DNA of 64,000 nucleotides from Macrostomum lignano (Eukaryota), in assembly GCA_002269645.1 (NCBI GenBank), contig NIVC01001280.1, positions 1 through 64,000 of the forward strand, written 5' to 3'. Of the stretch, positions 11,601 through 21,102 are shown in pieces. Position numbers and translations under genes: made by a program. The notes under the pieces are model-generated. The model searched no databases. It had not been told where the DNA came from and worked only from the letters and a program-made list of their open reading frames with translations. Each line of letters starts with the position of its first letter. Position 1 is the first letter of the stretch.

Positions 11601-14600
11601 GGCTTCCAGCTGAGACTGTGGCAACTGAGAGCTTTGGCTTCCAGCTGAGACTGTGGCAACTGAGAGCTTCGGCTTCCAGCTGAGACTGTGGCAATTGAGA
11701 GCTTCGGTTTCCAGCTGAGACTGTGGCAACTGAGAGCTTCGGTTTCCAGCTGAGACTGTGGCAACTGAGAGCTTTGGCTTCCAGCTGAGACTGTGGCAAC
11801 TGAGAGCTTTGGCTTTGAGTTGACTGTAGGATTGAGAGCTTTGGCTTTGAGTTGACTGTAGGATTGAGAGCTTTGGCTTTGAGTTGACTGTAGGATTGAG
11901 AGCTTTGGCTTTGAGTTGACTGTAGGATTGAGAGCTTTGGCTTTGAGTTGACTGTAGGATTGAGAGCTTTAGCTTTGAGTTGACTGTAGGATTGAGAGCT
12001 TTAGCTTTGAGTTGACTGTAGGATTGAGAGCTTTGGCTTTCAGCTGAGAATGTGACAATTGAGAGCTGCCTCTGGCATTAAAGAAAGGTGAGTAGTTATC
12101 ACTAAAATGCTCTGGGATTTTGCCGGACTCCTTATCTCATTAGCTTGGCTTTAAAAAATGCACAGTTTACTCCGCGACAAGATGCATTTAAATTTATTTT
12201 GTCATTGCAAGTCTAGAAGGGGCAAAGTTCCCCCTCTGTGAGCAAAGTTGCACTGCATTGGCATAGAGCTCAAATATTCAAATCTCAAATAAATTCTACA
12301 CAGTGAACCCCCTCGTCAAAGTAAAGCCTTCACGGTTTGGTGGTGCTGCATCCTAATTTAGTGGTCCATGGATCAAGCGCTGTCAATCGAGCTCAATCAG
12401 GATCCAATTCAGAGACACACACGGATAAATTAAATAAATCACCCACACAGATACCGAAATCCCTACGCACCTCTGAGAACGGTGAGGCCGGTGCTCAGCT
12501 CCGACAGCACACGGTCCAGATCCTCGCTGTTCGCCTGCGAGGACCTCGATGCCCCCGAGGCAGAGCAGGCAGCGGCAGCGCCAGCCACGGCAGGGGCGGC
12601 TCCGACGCTGCGGTTGTGGAAGCTGCCGGTGCGCAAGTTGAAGCGCTGGCTGAGCGAGGAGCTGGTGGTCATGAAGCTCTCGTCCTCGGACGGAGCCAGC
12701 GTGGACGGTGTGTAGCCAGCGGAAGACATGATGGAGGAGAGCTCAGCCTCTGTCTCTATGCCGATCGGCTGAGGCCGGTTTCCGAGCTTTTCCTGCGGCT
12801 GAGAGGTCGACGCTGCCGAAGTGCCTGGCTGCGACTCCGGCTGCTGCTGGCTGGCGCCACGCGCTGTCTTTGAGCGGCGCAGAGAGCGAAAGCCGAAGGC
12901 GTCCCGATGCAGGCGGCTGAGTGCCGAGCGGAGGCGGAGGCTGGCGGAGCGGAAGATGTGGCCGCGTGGCGACTTTGGCGGCGCCTGCGGCTCTGCGGCG
13001 GCGGCTCCCCCGACGGCGGATCAGCGGCGGCGGTCGAGGAGCCGGGGCTGGCAAACTGACCGCTGCTGCCGGGCTCGAGCACGGAGTCGCGGCTGCTCAG
13101 GTCGACCGTCAGCGTGTCGCCAGGTGGCCCGGCTTGGTGTTGCTTGCGGCGCTGCTGGTGCTGCTGGCTGCCCTGGCGCTCCGGCTGCGGCACGGTGAAG
13201 CAGTTCATGCAATACAGGTGGCAGCTCAGCTCGTTAGGATAATCTTCCCGGCAATGCGAATCCCGCTTCCTGCCTGCCTTTTCCCAGCCCGTCTGCCACA
13301 TCAGTAAGAAAAAATAGGCTTTTACGCTCGAAAAGATTTCGGTTCGGAACTGAGAGGGCAGGGCGAAGGGGGTAGAGCGGGGCAGGGCGATAGGAGGGCG
13401 ATGCGGAAATCCCGGCAAGCGAGTGGTGGCTGCCCCCCCCCCCCAGTTCCACATGCAGCCCCCATTAAAAAGCCGTCCGCACTGGCCTGGGCGGCAGGCA
13501 GAGGCCGCGCATCGGAGGACCAGGGCGGAGGCGGAGGGCGCGAGTCAAAACAGCGGGAATGCAAGCCGCAGGGGCCAGCTGACAATCTGCGCCAACGCAA
13601 GTCCCTCCATTTCTCCCCAAAGCACCCCAGCGCGAGCGCAATCCCATGACGGGCCCCAAGTACGCGGCTGCTGCCGCCGAACCCTAGGCCGCTGATGAAG
13701 ATGGGAAGTGTCGGTAGGCGGACTGCATCTCTGGGAAGGGTGGAATTCGTTGGGGAACTGGCAGCAACTTTGAATGTGCTTCTGCTTAGCTTGAAACTGA
13801 TGGCTCAAAGAAAGCACAGGCAAAGCCCAATACAAGTGCAGCAAAGAATTGTTGAAATCAGTTCTAATGAACAAATGGTCTGCCTGTCGGATCCCGGGGT
13901 CCATGGGCCAGTTGAATCGCTTTCACCTGCTTCAGTTTGGTAAACATTCCTCGATTCTATCATAAAAGCGCAATACTCAGAGCGCATCCCCGACCAGTTG
14001 AAGCAAATTCAAAGTGGAGCGAAGCGCAGGCTGGGCTGCAGCCGCCCGCACCCACCGCCGTGGCGGTGACGCGGGCGCAAAGTGGAAGAGACGACACTCG
14101 AATGCCGGCCTCCATCAGCAATTAGGATGCATTTGGCCAGGAAGCTGCTCGGACCCTCTCAGGCAAGACAAAGTTTGCCAGAACTTGGGCCCGGCAGTTT
14201 GGTGAAAAAGTGCAAATCCTGAAGCCGCGGCCATTCGCTCAGTAGGGAACAAGCAGGAATTACAAAACTCGGGAAGAACAGGGGCCAGGGCTTTCGCAAT
14301 TACAAGTTCAGCGGGAAAGAAGCCGAACCAGCTTTCTGGGGGAGCTATCAATAACTAGGAGGATAAAAATAGCCACAGATGCAGCAGACAAGATGGGGTT
14401 GGGCGCCATCCTGGCGATGAGTGATGGGCCGGTGCGGCCAGCGGGGCGGCGGGGCAAAAACAGGGGCGGGCGCGACCATAGACATTCCACGTGGTCAGCT
14501 GCGGATTCCAAAGTTCTACTCATAAGTAGTCTTAAGAAAAGCTGTGGCTGAAAAGAAAACACGTGGCCTCGGAATCAGAAGCTGCACAGAATTTCAATAG

Positions 14601-17600
14601 GAACCAATTTTCTGGCTTTGCAAACGGCAGAGTTCAATAAAAATTGATATTTAACTGTTGAAAATGTATTGAATGATAAAAATGCAACACTTCTGATCTA
14701 TTTCTGATCTATCTACAATCTTTGAGGAGCTGTAGACTGAGGTCTACGCGGAAACTTCAAAGGGAATGAAATATTAAGCAGCACCCCTGAATTTCTCGAT
14801 TTTATTGTGAGATGAGTGCGAAGACCACAGCGGGTCGATGTGAGAAACTGAGGAGAGAAGAGCAGAACAGACTTTGCAGGTGCTAACATTGTAGCAAAAG
14901 CACAGTAACAAAAAGCCAGTCAAAAGCAGAAGCCAGTCAACAGAAAATGTATCCAAGCACTCGGATCTGTGCTGCGAGCTGAAGGGAGGAACTGGAGTGA
15001 GAGTCAAGCTAAGAGATGAAGGGGGGAACTGGAGTGAGAGTCAAGCTAAGAGACGAAGGGAGGAACTGGAGTGGGAGTCAAGCTAAGATATGAAGGGAGG
15101 AACTACAGTGAGAGTTGAGCTAAGAGATGAAGGGAGGAACTGGAGTGGGAGTCAAGCTAAGAGATGAAGGGAGGAACTGGAGTGCGAGTCAAGCTAAGAG
15201 ATGAAGGGAGGAACTGGAGTGAGAGTCAAGCTAAGAGATGAAGGGAGGAACTGGAGTGAGAGTCAAGCTAAGAGATGAAGGGAGGAACTGGAGTGAGAGT
15301 CAAGCTAAGAGATGAAGGGAGGAACTGGAGTGAGAGTCAAGCTAAGAGATGAAGGGGGGAACTGGAGTGAGAGTCAAGCTAAGAGACGAAGGGAGGAACT
15401 GGAGTGGGAGTCAAGCTAAGATATGAAGGGAGGAACTACAGTGAGAGTTGAGCTAAGAGATGAAGGGAGGAACTGGAGTGGGAGTCAAGCTAAGAGATGA
15501 AGGGAGGAACTACAGTGAGAGTTGAGCTAAGAGATGAAGGGAGGAACTGGAGTGGGAGTCAAGCTAAGAGATGAAGGGAGGAACTGGAGTGAGAGTCAAG
15601 CTAAGAGATGAAGGGAGGAACTGGAGTGAGAGTCAAGCTAAGAGATGAAGGGAGGAACTGGAGTGAGAGTCAAGCTAAGAGATGAAGGGAGGAACTGGAG
15701 TGAGAGTCAAGCTAAGAGATGAAGGGAGGAACTGGAGTGAGAGTCAAGCTAAGAGATGAAGGGAGAAAATGGAGTGAGAGTCAAGCTAAGAGATGAAGGG
15801 AGGAACTGGAGTGAGAGTCAAGCTAAGAGATGAAGGGAGAAAATGGAGTGAGAGTCAAGCTAAGAGATGAAGGGAGGAACTGGAGTGAGAGTTGAGCTAA
15901 GAGATGAAGGGAGGACTGGAGTGGGAGTCAAGCTAATCCAGGTATGATGGGAGGTCACAGCAGGGTCATGGGGTAGGATTTTAGCAGTCACTTAAAGCTG
16001 ATCTGACTCAATCCTGACTGAGTCTCACCTTTCGGCTGCTCAGTTCTGTACAGAGGAGTTGCTGCCAAGGACTTGCCAAGACGAGTTTTCCTTGGTTGCT
16101 GCTTGTAGACACGCGATCCGCCTTTTGCGCCCAGATGCCTTTCCCTCACTTCATCTTTCGCAATAGCCCTTTCTCCCTTTATTTCTTCCCAGGACTGCCC
16201 TGCTTTGCCCAGATCGAAGCGGAGTGCGCAGGACCGCTCGTGCACACCGCTGCGACCGCTGCAACTGGAAACTGTGACAGCAGTGCCCGCCAGCCGCCTC
16301 CTGTCCGTGCGCGCAAACAAACGCGCACCCACCACCGCTCCCCCGGCAGCAGGCGAGGGAGACAGAAACGGGAGAAGACAGTTGAAGTTAACGAAAAAGC
16401 CCCGCTGTTTCATAGGCCTTCTGTGTGAGCCTCCCGGCGCCATTCGCACAGGGAGATTCGTCACATCCCGCAGCCTGGGTTACCGCTTGGGATCCGAAAC
16501 AGTCCTGCAGACCCGGCAGGAAAGCGCAGCTCAAAACCCGCCTTGTCGGCAGCCACGGATTCCAACAGGGCATCAAAATGCAGCTATTATTTACAAAGTC
16601 CTACCTGTAGCTCTCTCAGCTGATCCTGCTGCTCAAGCTGCTCCTCCGCGTCGGACGGAGCGCGCACCTGAGCATCCGGCGGGTCGGGTGGGTCGGGCAA
16701 GTCAGGCATTGAGCAGAGGCAGGTGCGGTGCCTGTAATGCACTGGCAGCAGTTGGTGTCGGTCCGAGTCCTCTGGGTCGGGCAGGAAGTGCTCGGGGTAC
16801 AACCGACTGAGCTCGAGCAGGCGACCGACTCGGCTTTTGGAATTGGCGAGGATGGGGATCTGCACTGGTGCTGAATGTCAGAAAATCGATCCCTCGCTCC
16901 CCACCCTAAAAAGCTGTTTACTCAGGCAAGAAGCAGGTTAGTTGGCCAATGAGGGCAACCCTGCTCATTTTCGGGGGCTGAGCAATGCGCTGTCTCTTTA
17001 GGCGAGAGCAGAAAAGCAGAAGACTCTTGTCAGCCATGGCTGGGAGCAACAAAATGATTCGCATCAGCTCATTTTTCATCTCCAAGACCATGTAGGCTAG
17101 GGAACCAAGGAATGACAATATATACCATTTGCAAGAACAGTCAATTCAACAGTTATTCAATCCAGTCTACCGCTACATGAATCTTAGACTTTGGTTTTAT
17201 CTCAAGCATAGGTTCTTCTTTGTGAAAGACGAGACAGCAAAGATGGACCCTAGCTTAACTTAGGAGAGGCCAAAGCCCGGATGCAATTGAAAAACTTAGG
17301 GACACAGGGTAGCCGCTCCTGCAAAGAACCCAACTCTAACCGTAACCACTTGCTTCTTCACTCAAGGGTTTGCTTGCCTTCCATTTCCCTGGGGCCATCC
17401 TGGGCACTGCCTATTTGAAACTGTTCCTTCCAGTATGCACTGAGGCTGATCTCACCGACGGCCGGTGTGTACAGGGCCCTAAAATATCAACTTCCGGCCT
17501 CTCCAGCATAATACTTAGCATCGGGCCCTTTAGTCCGTGTGTGAAAGACTGAGCACTGAGCTTGCTGCAGCGTTTAATTCACCCAATCTGAAGTAGCTGC

Positions 17601-20600
17601 CTTTGTTAACTAGTAGAATGCAGCACATCACGCAATGAGCAGTGTGCAGCTAACCATGCAATGAGCAGTGTGCAACAACTCACCACGCAATGAGCAGTGT
17701 GCAACAACTCACCATGCAATGAGCAGTGTGCAACAACTCACCATGCAATGAGCAGTGTGCAACAACTCACCATGCAATGAGCAGTGTGCAACAACTCACC
17801 ATGCAATGAGCAGTGTGCAACAACTCACCATGCAATGAGCAGTGTGCAACAACTCACCATGCAATGAGCAGTGTGCAACAACTCACCATGCAATGAGCAG
17901 TGTGCAACAACTCACCATGCAATGAGCAGTGTGCAACAACTCACCATGCAATGAGCAGTGTGCAACAACTCACCATGCAATGAGCAGTGTGCAACAACTC
18001 ACCATGCAATGAGCAGTGTGCAACAACTCACCATGCAATGAGCAGTGTGCAACAACTCACCACGCAATGAGCAGTGTGCAACAACTCACCATGCAATGAG
18101 CAGTGTGCAACAACTCACCACGCAATGAGCAGTGTGCAACAACTCACCATGCAATGAGCAGTGTGCAACAACTCACCATGCAATGAGCAGTGTGCAACAA
18201 CTCACCATGCAATGAGCAGTGTGCAACAACTCACCATGCAATGAGCAGTGTGCAACAACTCACCATGCAATGAGCAGTGTGCAACAACTCACCATGCAAT
18301 GAGCAGTGTGCAACAACTCACCACGCAATGAGCAGTGTGCAACAACTCACCATGCAATGAGCAGTGTGCAACAACTCACCATGCAATGAGCAGTGTGCAA
18401 CTCACCATGCAATGAGCAGTGTGCAACAACTCACCATGCAATGAGCAGTGTGCAACAACTCACCATGCAATGAGCAGTGTGCAACAACTCACCATGCAAT
18501 GAGCAGTGTGCAACTCACCATGCAATTAGCAGTGTGCAACTCACCACGCAATGAGCAGTGTGCAACTCACCATGCAATTAGCAGTGTGCAACTCACCACG
18601 CAATGAGCAGTGTGCAACTCACCATGCAATGAGCAGTGTGCAACTCACCATGCAATGAGCAGTGTGCAACTCACCACGCAATGAGCAGTGTGCAACTCAC
18701 CATGCAATGAGCAGTGTGCAACTCACCACGCAATGAGCAGTGTGCAACTCACCATGCAATGAGCAGTGTGCAACTCACCATGCAATTAGCAGTGTGCAAC
18801 TCACCATGCAATGAGCAGTGTGCAACTCACCATGCAATGAGCAGTGTGCAACTCACCACGCAATGAGCAGTGTGCAACTCACCATGCAATTAGCAGTGTG
18901 CAACTCACCACGCAATGAGCAGTGTGCAACTCACCATGCAATGAGCAGTGTGCAACTCACCATGCAATGAGCAGTGTGCAACTCACCATGCAATGAGCAG
19001 TGTGCAACTCACCATGCAATGAGCAGTGTGCAACTCACCATGCAATGAGCAGTGTGCAACTCACCACGCAATGAGCAGTGTGCAACTCACCATGCAATTA
19101 GCAGTGTGCAACTCACCATGCAATGAGCAGTGTGCAACTCACCATGCAATGAGCAGTGTGCAACTCACCACGCAATGAGCAGTGTGCAACTCACCATGCA
19201 ATTAGCAGTGTGCAACTCACCATGCAATGAGCAGTTTGTACTCCTGGCTGAGGCCAGACCAGCGAGGGGTGAGCGCAGCGGCAGCAGCAGAGTTGTTGTC
19301 GGTCGGCTGCAGAAGTCCGGCTGGAAGGCCGAGTAGAAAATGAAAGGCAGCGGAAATGAGGCAGCAGTGAGCACAGCCTAGCAATTCTAGTCAGTCTCCC
19401 ATCGCCATCAACCCGATGAGCTAAAAATTTGCTCCAAAACTCGTAGCGTAGGGATTAATCTGGGGCAGAACTGCTTTCCGGACAGGCAAATCTACCTTTT
19501 GATCCCAGCTCCGAGAGTGAAATCGATGCCTTTCAAAGTCCCCAGGGAATTTCGGATACTTAATCTCCCAGATTTCTGTCGGGTTGGATTTGCTGCAACT
19601 CAGAAAATATAAGCCTAGGAAACTTAGCTAGTGAAAGTTTCACACTGAGGGACTCCAGCCGAAACTGCTCAAAACTTCGGCAGACAAATTTAGCCACCAA
19701 ATATGTTTTGGAAAGTTTCAATTCTGACAATGTCAGGTGTAAAGTGGCAGTGTCACTCACCGTTGTAATCCTTGACTAGCTGCGGGAATCCGGCCTCCTC
19801 CAGCCAGTTGCAGATGGCCGCTGCTTCTGAAGAGATTGCGATTGCGCACAGGGGTTACATGGATCAGTATTGCAGGTGAGCATAGAGCATAAAATCGTTG
19901 ACAACTCCATCAAAGAGCTATCAGATCACGCAAATTTATGCACAAGTCGTGTGAACACACAAAATTCGGTTTCGTTTGATGGCGGAGTCAACGACCCTTA
20001 AGGGGTCATGCTCACATGCGCTTAGTGTGCATCAGTCATACTGCAGTGTGTCTAAAACTCCACAGCGCCAGACTTGATCTCTGCCCAAGTTTTTTTAAAC
20101 TATTGGGAAAGTTCCAGAGGCTGTTTCATGCAAAACCCCGAAGAGGGGAACAGGGTATTTCAGTAGAAACTCGCTAAAGTACCTGGGATTGGTTCTCCGA
20201 ACGAACACATTAGTTTGGGACTCACAGAAGTAGGCCCGCGGCTGGCATGATTCATTCCCATAATGCCCAACCTCCAATGCACAATGTGTACATGCCTACA
20301 GTGAGAAGCTCAGGGCCGCTGTACATCCAATGTGTGTGCCTGCACACGAGTCGGCGGAATGAGTATAGCTACGTGTCTCTGCTGGCTGTGGGTTGACTGT
20401 CGCCTTGATTGCGGCAGTGCCCAAAGCCCTTGCGAACTATCTAAGCCCAGTAAACATATCTGTGATCTGAATATCTTGACGCAGACTTCAGGGAAATGAT
20501 TCGAGCGTACTTTAAGTAGCAATATAAGTGCTCAGTGGTCATTTTTTAATACCCAGAGATAAGAAGATCACGTAGTGTTCAGGAAAAAACCATCAGACTG

Positions 20601-21102
20601 AAAGTACTATTAATCATTCAACAAGCTATGCAGAGCCGATAGGGTTTTCAAAGGACGGTGAGTATGAGTATTAGACTTGCAAATTTGATCGATAGAAGCA
20701 GTGCAATAATCCGCCAGAAAAATGAAGCCAGGGTTCAAAAGCCAGAATAAAACGTATTCATTTACATCATATCAAATGCAAGGAAATAGGAAAACGGAAA
20801 ATGCGATTGCTGACTCAACGAGGATTTCAGGTGGCGAAAAAGACAAAGATGACGGTCCTGTCTAAACTTCTCTCACCGATCAGGTACTTGCATACGGGAG
20901 CTGCCGGCTCCCCACCACAAGCAACGAAGGAGGACATGTTTTGAGAACTGTCCGAGCTGTCAGAATCCTCGGACTGATCAGAGTCCTCCATGATGCACTG
21001 GAAGCCGGACTCGCGGAGCACCTGGCTGAAGCGAGGGTTGGCAGTGGCCGGCAGCGGTCTGCTGGGCAAGACCAGACTGCGCCGCTTGGCCCGAGTCTCC
21101 AT
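2284..21102 (-). CDS. DLC1/STARD13: SAM-RhoGAP-START protein (DLC1/STARD13/STARD8, cv-c family); gene span, 11 coding exons, ~1100 aa
   Basis: join(21102..20877,19826..19761,19320..19221,16833..16605,13184..12471[+1 nt],7896..7865,7372..7098,6814..6542,5379..4686,3702..3392,2665..2284); all introns GT-AG and phase-consistent; family motifs CNWLEEAGFPQ, RTGSFH, RERRDSG, FRWSSF, VFGVPL, GIFRRTG, NLAVCLAPSLF, SRVDLRGHSLEWY. Confidence 0.92.
2700..3285. repeat. Intronic minisatellite, 21-bp unit ATAATCCCACCGTCAGTCACG
   Basis: About 25 tandem units plus longer variant units near 2700-2810; source of the TDGGIIV repeat ORF. Confidence 0.95.
3392..3702 (-). CDS. DLC1/STARD13: RhoGAP gene exon: START domain N-terminal half
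   Basis: cacag|GTG ... GACAA|gtgagc; KKLDDKCPLRLWKAVMNVEADPTRILNRIVQDK resembles DLC1 KKVSEGPPLRLWRSVIEVPAVPEEILKRLL. Confidence 0.92.
3725..4492. repeat. Intronic minisatellite, 52-bp unit
   Basis: About 15 copies of GAGCATCAGATTGCATAGGTCTCCCGTGCCATCTCCCTACAGTATTGGGGCC, ending ~20 nt from the 3703 acceptor. Confidence 0.95.
4686..5379 (-). CDS. DLC1/STARD13: RhoGAP gene exon: RhoGAP domain
   Basis: ccgccag|G TTC ... ACA|gtgagt; VFGVPL, arginine finger GIFRRTGG, DLADLVKMYLRELPECL, LLPDENREVLQSLLYFL, MNASNLAVCLAPSLF. Confidence 0.96.
5985..6542. repeat. Intronic minisatellite, 31-bp unit, starting at the splice donor
   Basis: About 18 copies of CCAACCCATGACCAGCAGGGAACTGACCCCG; on the minus strand every unit contains G|GTCAGT, and the first is the donor at 6541. 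Confidence 0.95.
6542..6814 (-). CDS. DLC1/STARD13: RhoGAP gene exon preceding the GAP domain
   Basis: cacgcag|C ... TCCTG|gtcagt; KFRWSSFARSHRPSIQVREMQIAAMSIAQMQVLKNAAFLELNKVMQEFCPPNKSLLSW matches DLC1 RLRWHSFQSSHRPS...QINCQSVAQMNLLQKYSLLKLT...SW. Confidence 0.9.
6885..7068. repeat. Intronic minisatellite, 33-bp unit
   Basis: About 5.5 copies of ATGGAAACTGCATGGGGGTGGCAGTGGAGCTCA filling most of a 283-bp intron. Confidence 0.93.
7098..7372 (-). CDS. DLC1/STARD13: RhoGAP gene exon containing RERRDSG
   Basis: gaagcag|GTG ... TACAG|gttggt (an alternative same-phase donor at 7103 is possible); RERRDSG is a DLC-family motif. Confidence 0.85.
7865..7896 (-). CDS. DLC1/STARD13: RhoGAP gene 32-nt microexon (DQSINGFASGQ)
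   Basis: tttagctggccag|AT ... GGTCAG|gtaacc; the only segment found that converts the phase-1 donor at 12470 to the phase-0 acceptor at 7373. Confidence 0.6.
8015..8765. repeat. Intronic minisatellite, 56-bp unit
   Basis: About 13 copies of CTACCCTGCGGGCTCTGACCGAGTGCTCTGCTGGCCCTCGCTGCCACTCACTCAAT. Confidence 0.95.
9678..10569. repeat. Intronic minisatellite, 43-bp unit (occasional 41-bp units)
   Basis: About 21 copies of CACACACCAACACAGTGAGTGCAGCGGGAGTGACGGAGAAGCC. Confidence 0.95.
11413..12068. repeat. Compound intronic minisatellite: 35-bp units, then a block of 32-bp derived units
   Basis: TGAGAGCTTCGGCTTCCAGCTGAGACTGTGGCAAC repeats to about 11810, then TGAGAGCTTTGGCTTTGAGTTGACTGTAGGAT about 7 times, then one 35-type unit. 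Confidence 0.93.
12471..13184 (-). CDS. DLC1/STARD13: RhoGAP gene large serine-rich exon (contains an apparent 1-nt deletion at the C5 run 13007-13011)
   Basis: gccgcag|CCG ... AGA G|gtgcgt; frame switch near 13010 joins DLSSRDSVL... to HIFRSASLRLRS...NLRTGSFH...EDLDRVLSEL; length 714+1 gives the required phase. Confidence 0.8.
14980..15936. repeat. Intronic minisatellite, 37-bp purine-rich unit
   Basis: About 26 copies of GGGAGGAACTGGAGTGAGAGTCAAGCTAAGAGATGAA. Confidence 0.95.
16605..16833 (-). CDS. DLC1/STARD13: RhoGAP gene exon: end of SAM domain and linker
   Basis: ccaaaag|C CGA ... CTACAG|gtagga; gives LIA-C-RVGRLLELSRL, comparable to DLC1 EALCRRLNTLNKC; an alternative acceptor exists at 16871. 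Confidence 0.65.
17625..19235. repeat. Intronic minisatellite, 29-bp and 26-bp units, overlapping the exon end and splice donor
   Basis: About 55-60 units of TGCAAC(AAC)TCACCATGCAATGAGCAGTG; the minus-strand unit contains CTGCTCATTGCATG|GTGAGT. Confidence 0.96.
19221..19320 (-). CDS. DLC1/STARD13: RhoGAP gene exon: middle of SAM domain
   Basis: Strong acceptor cctttcattttctactcggccttccag|CC; AGLLQPTDNNSAAAAALTPRWSGLSQEYKLLIA; donor TG|gtgagt; restores SAM-like spacing between GFPQ and CR. Confidence 0.65.
19761..19826 (-). CDS. DLC1/STARD13: RhoGAP gene exon: SAM domain start
   Basis: tcttcag|AA ... AAC G|gtgagt; EAAAICNWLEEAGFPQLVKDYN matches DLC1 EAKEACDWLRATGFPQYAQLYE. Confidence 0.9.
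20877..21102 (-). CDS. DLC1/STARD13: RhoGAP gene first coding exon
   Basis: ATG METRAKRRSLVLP...VCKYLI G|gtgaga, phase 1 matching the SAM exon (YLI-EAAAIC versus DLC1 TQI-EAKEAC); pyrimidine-rich acceptor 9 nt upstream of the ATG. Confidence 0.75.

Noticed and set aside
14115-14351. SWFGFFPAELV resembling the end of an SH3 domain
   Set aside because: No other SH3 motifs and no phase-compatible splice sites; not needed for the RhoGAP model.
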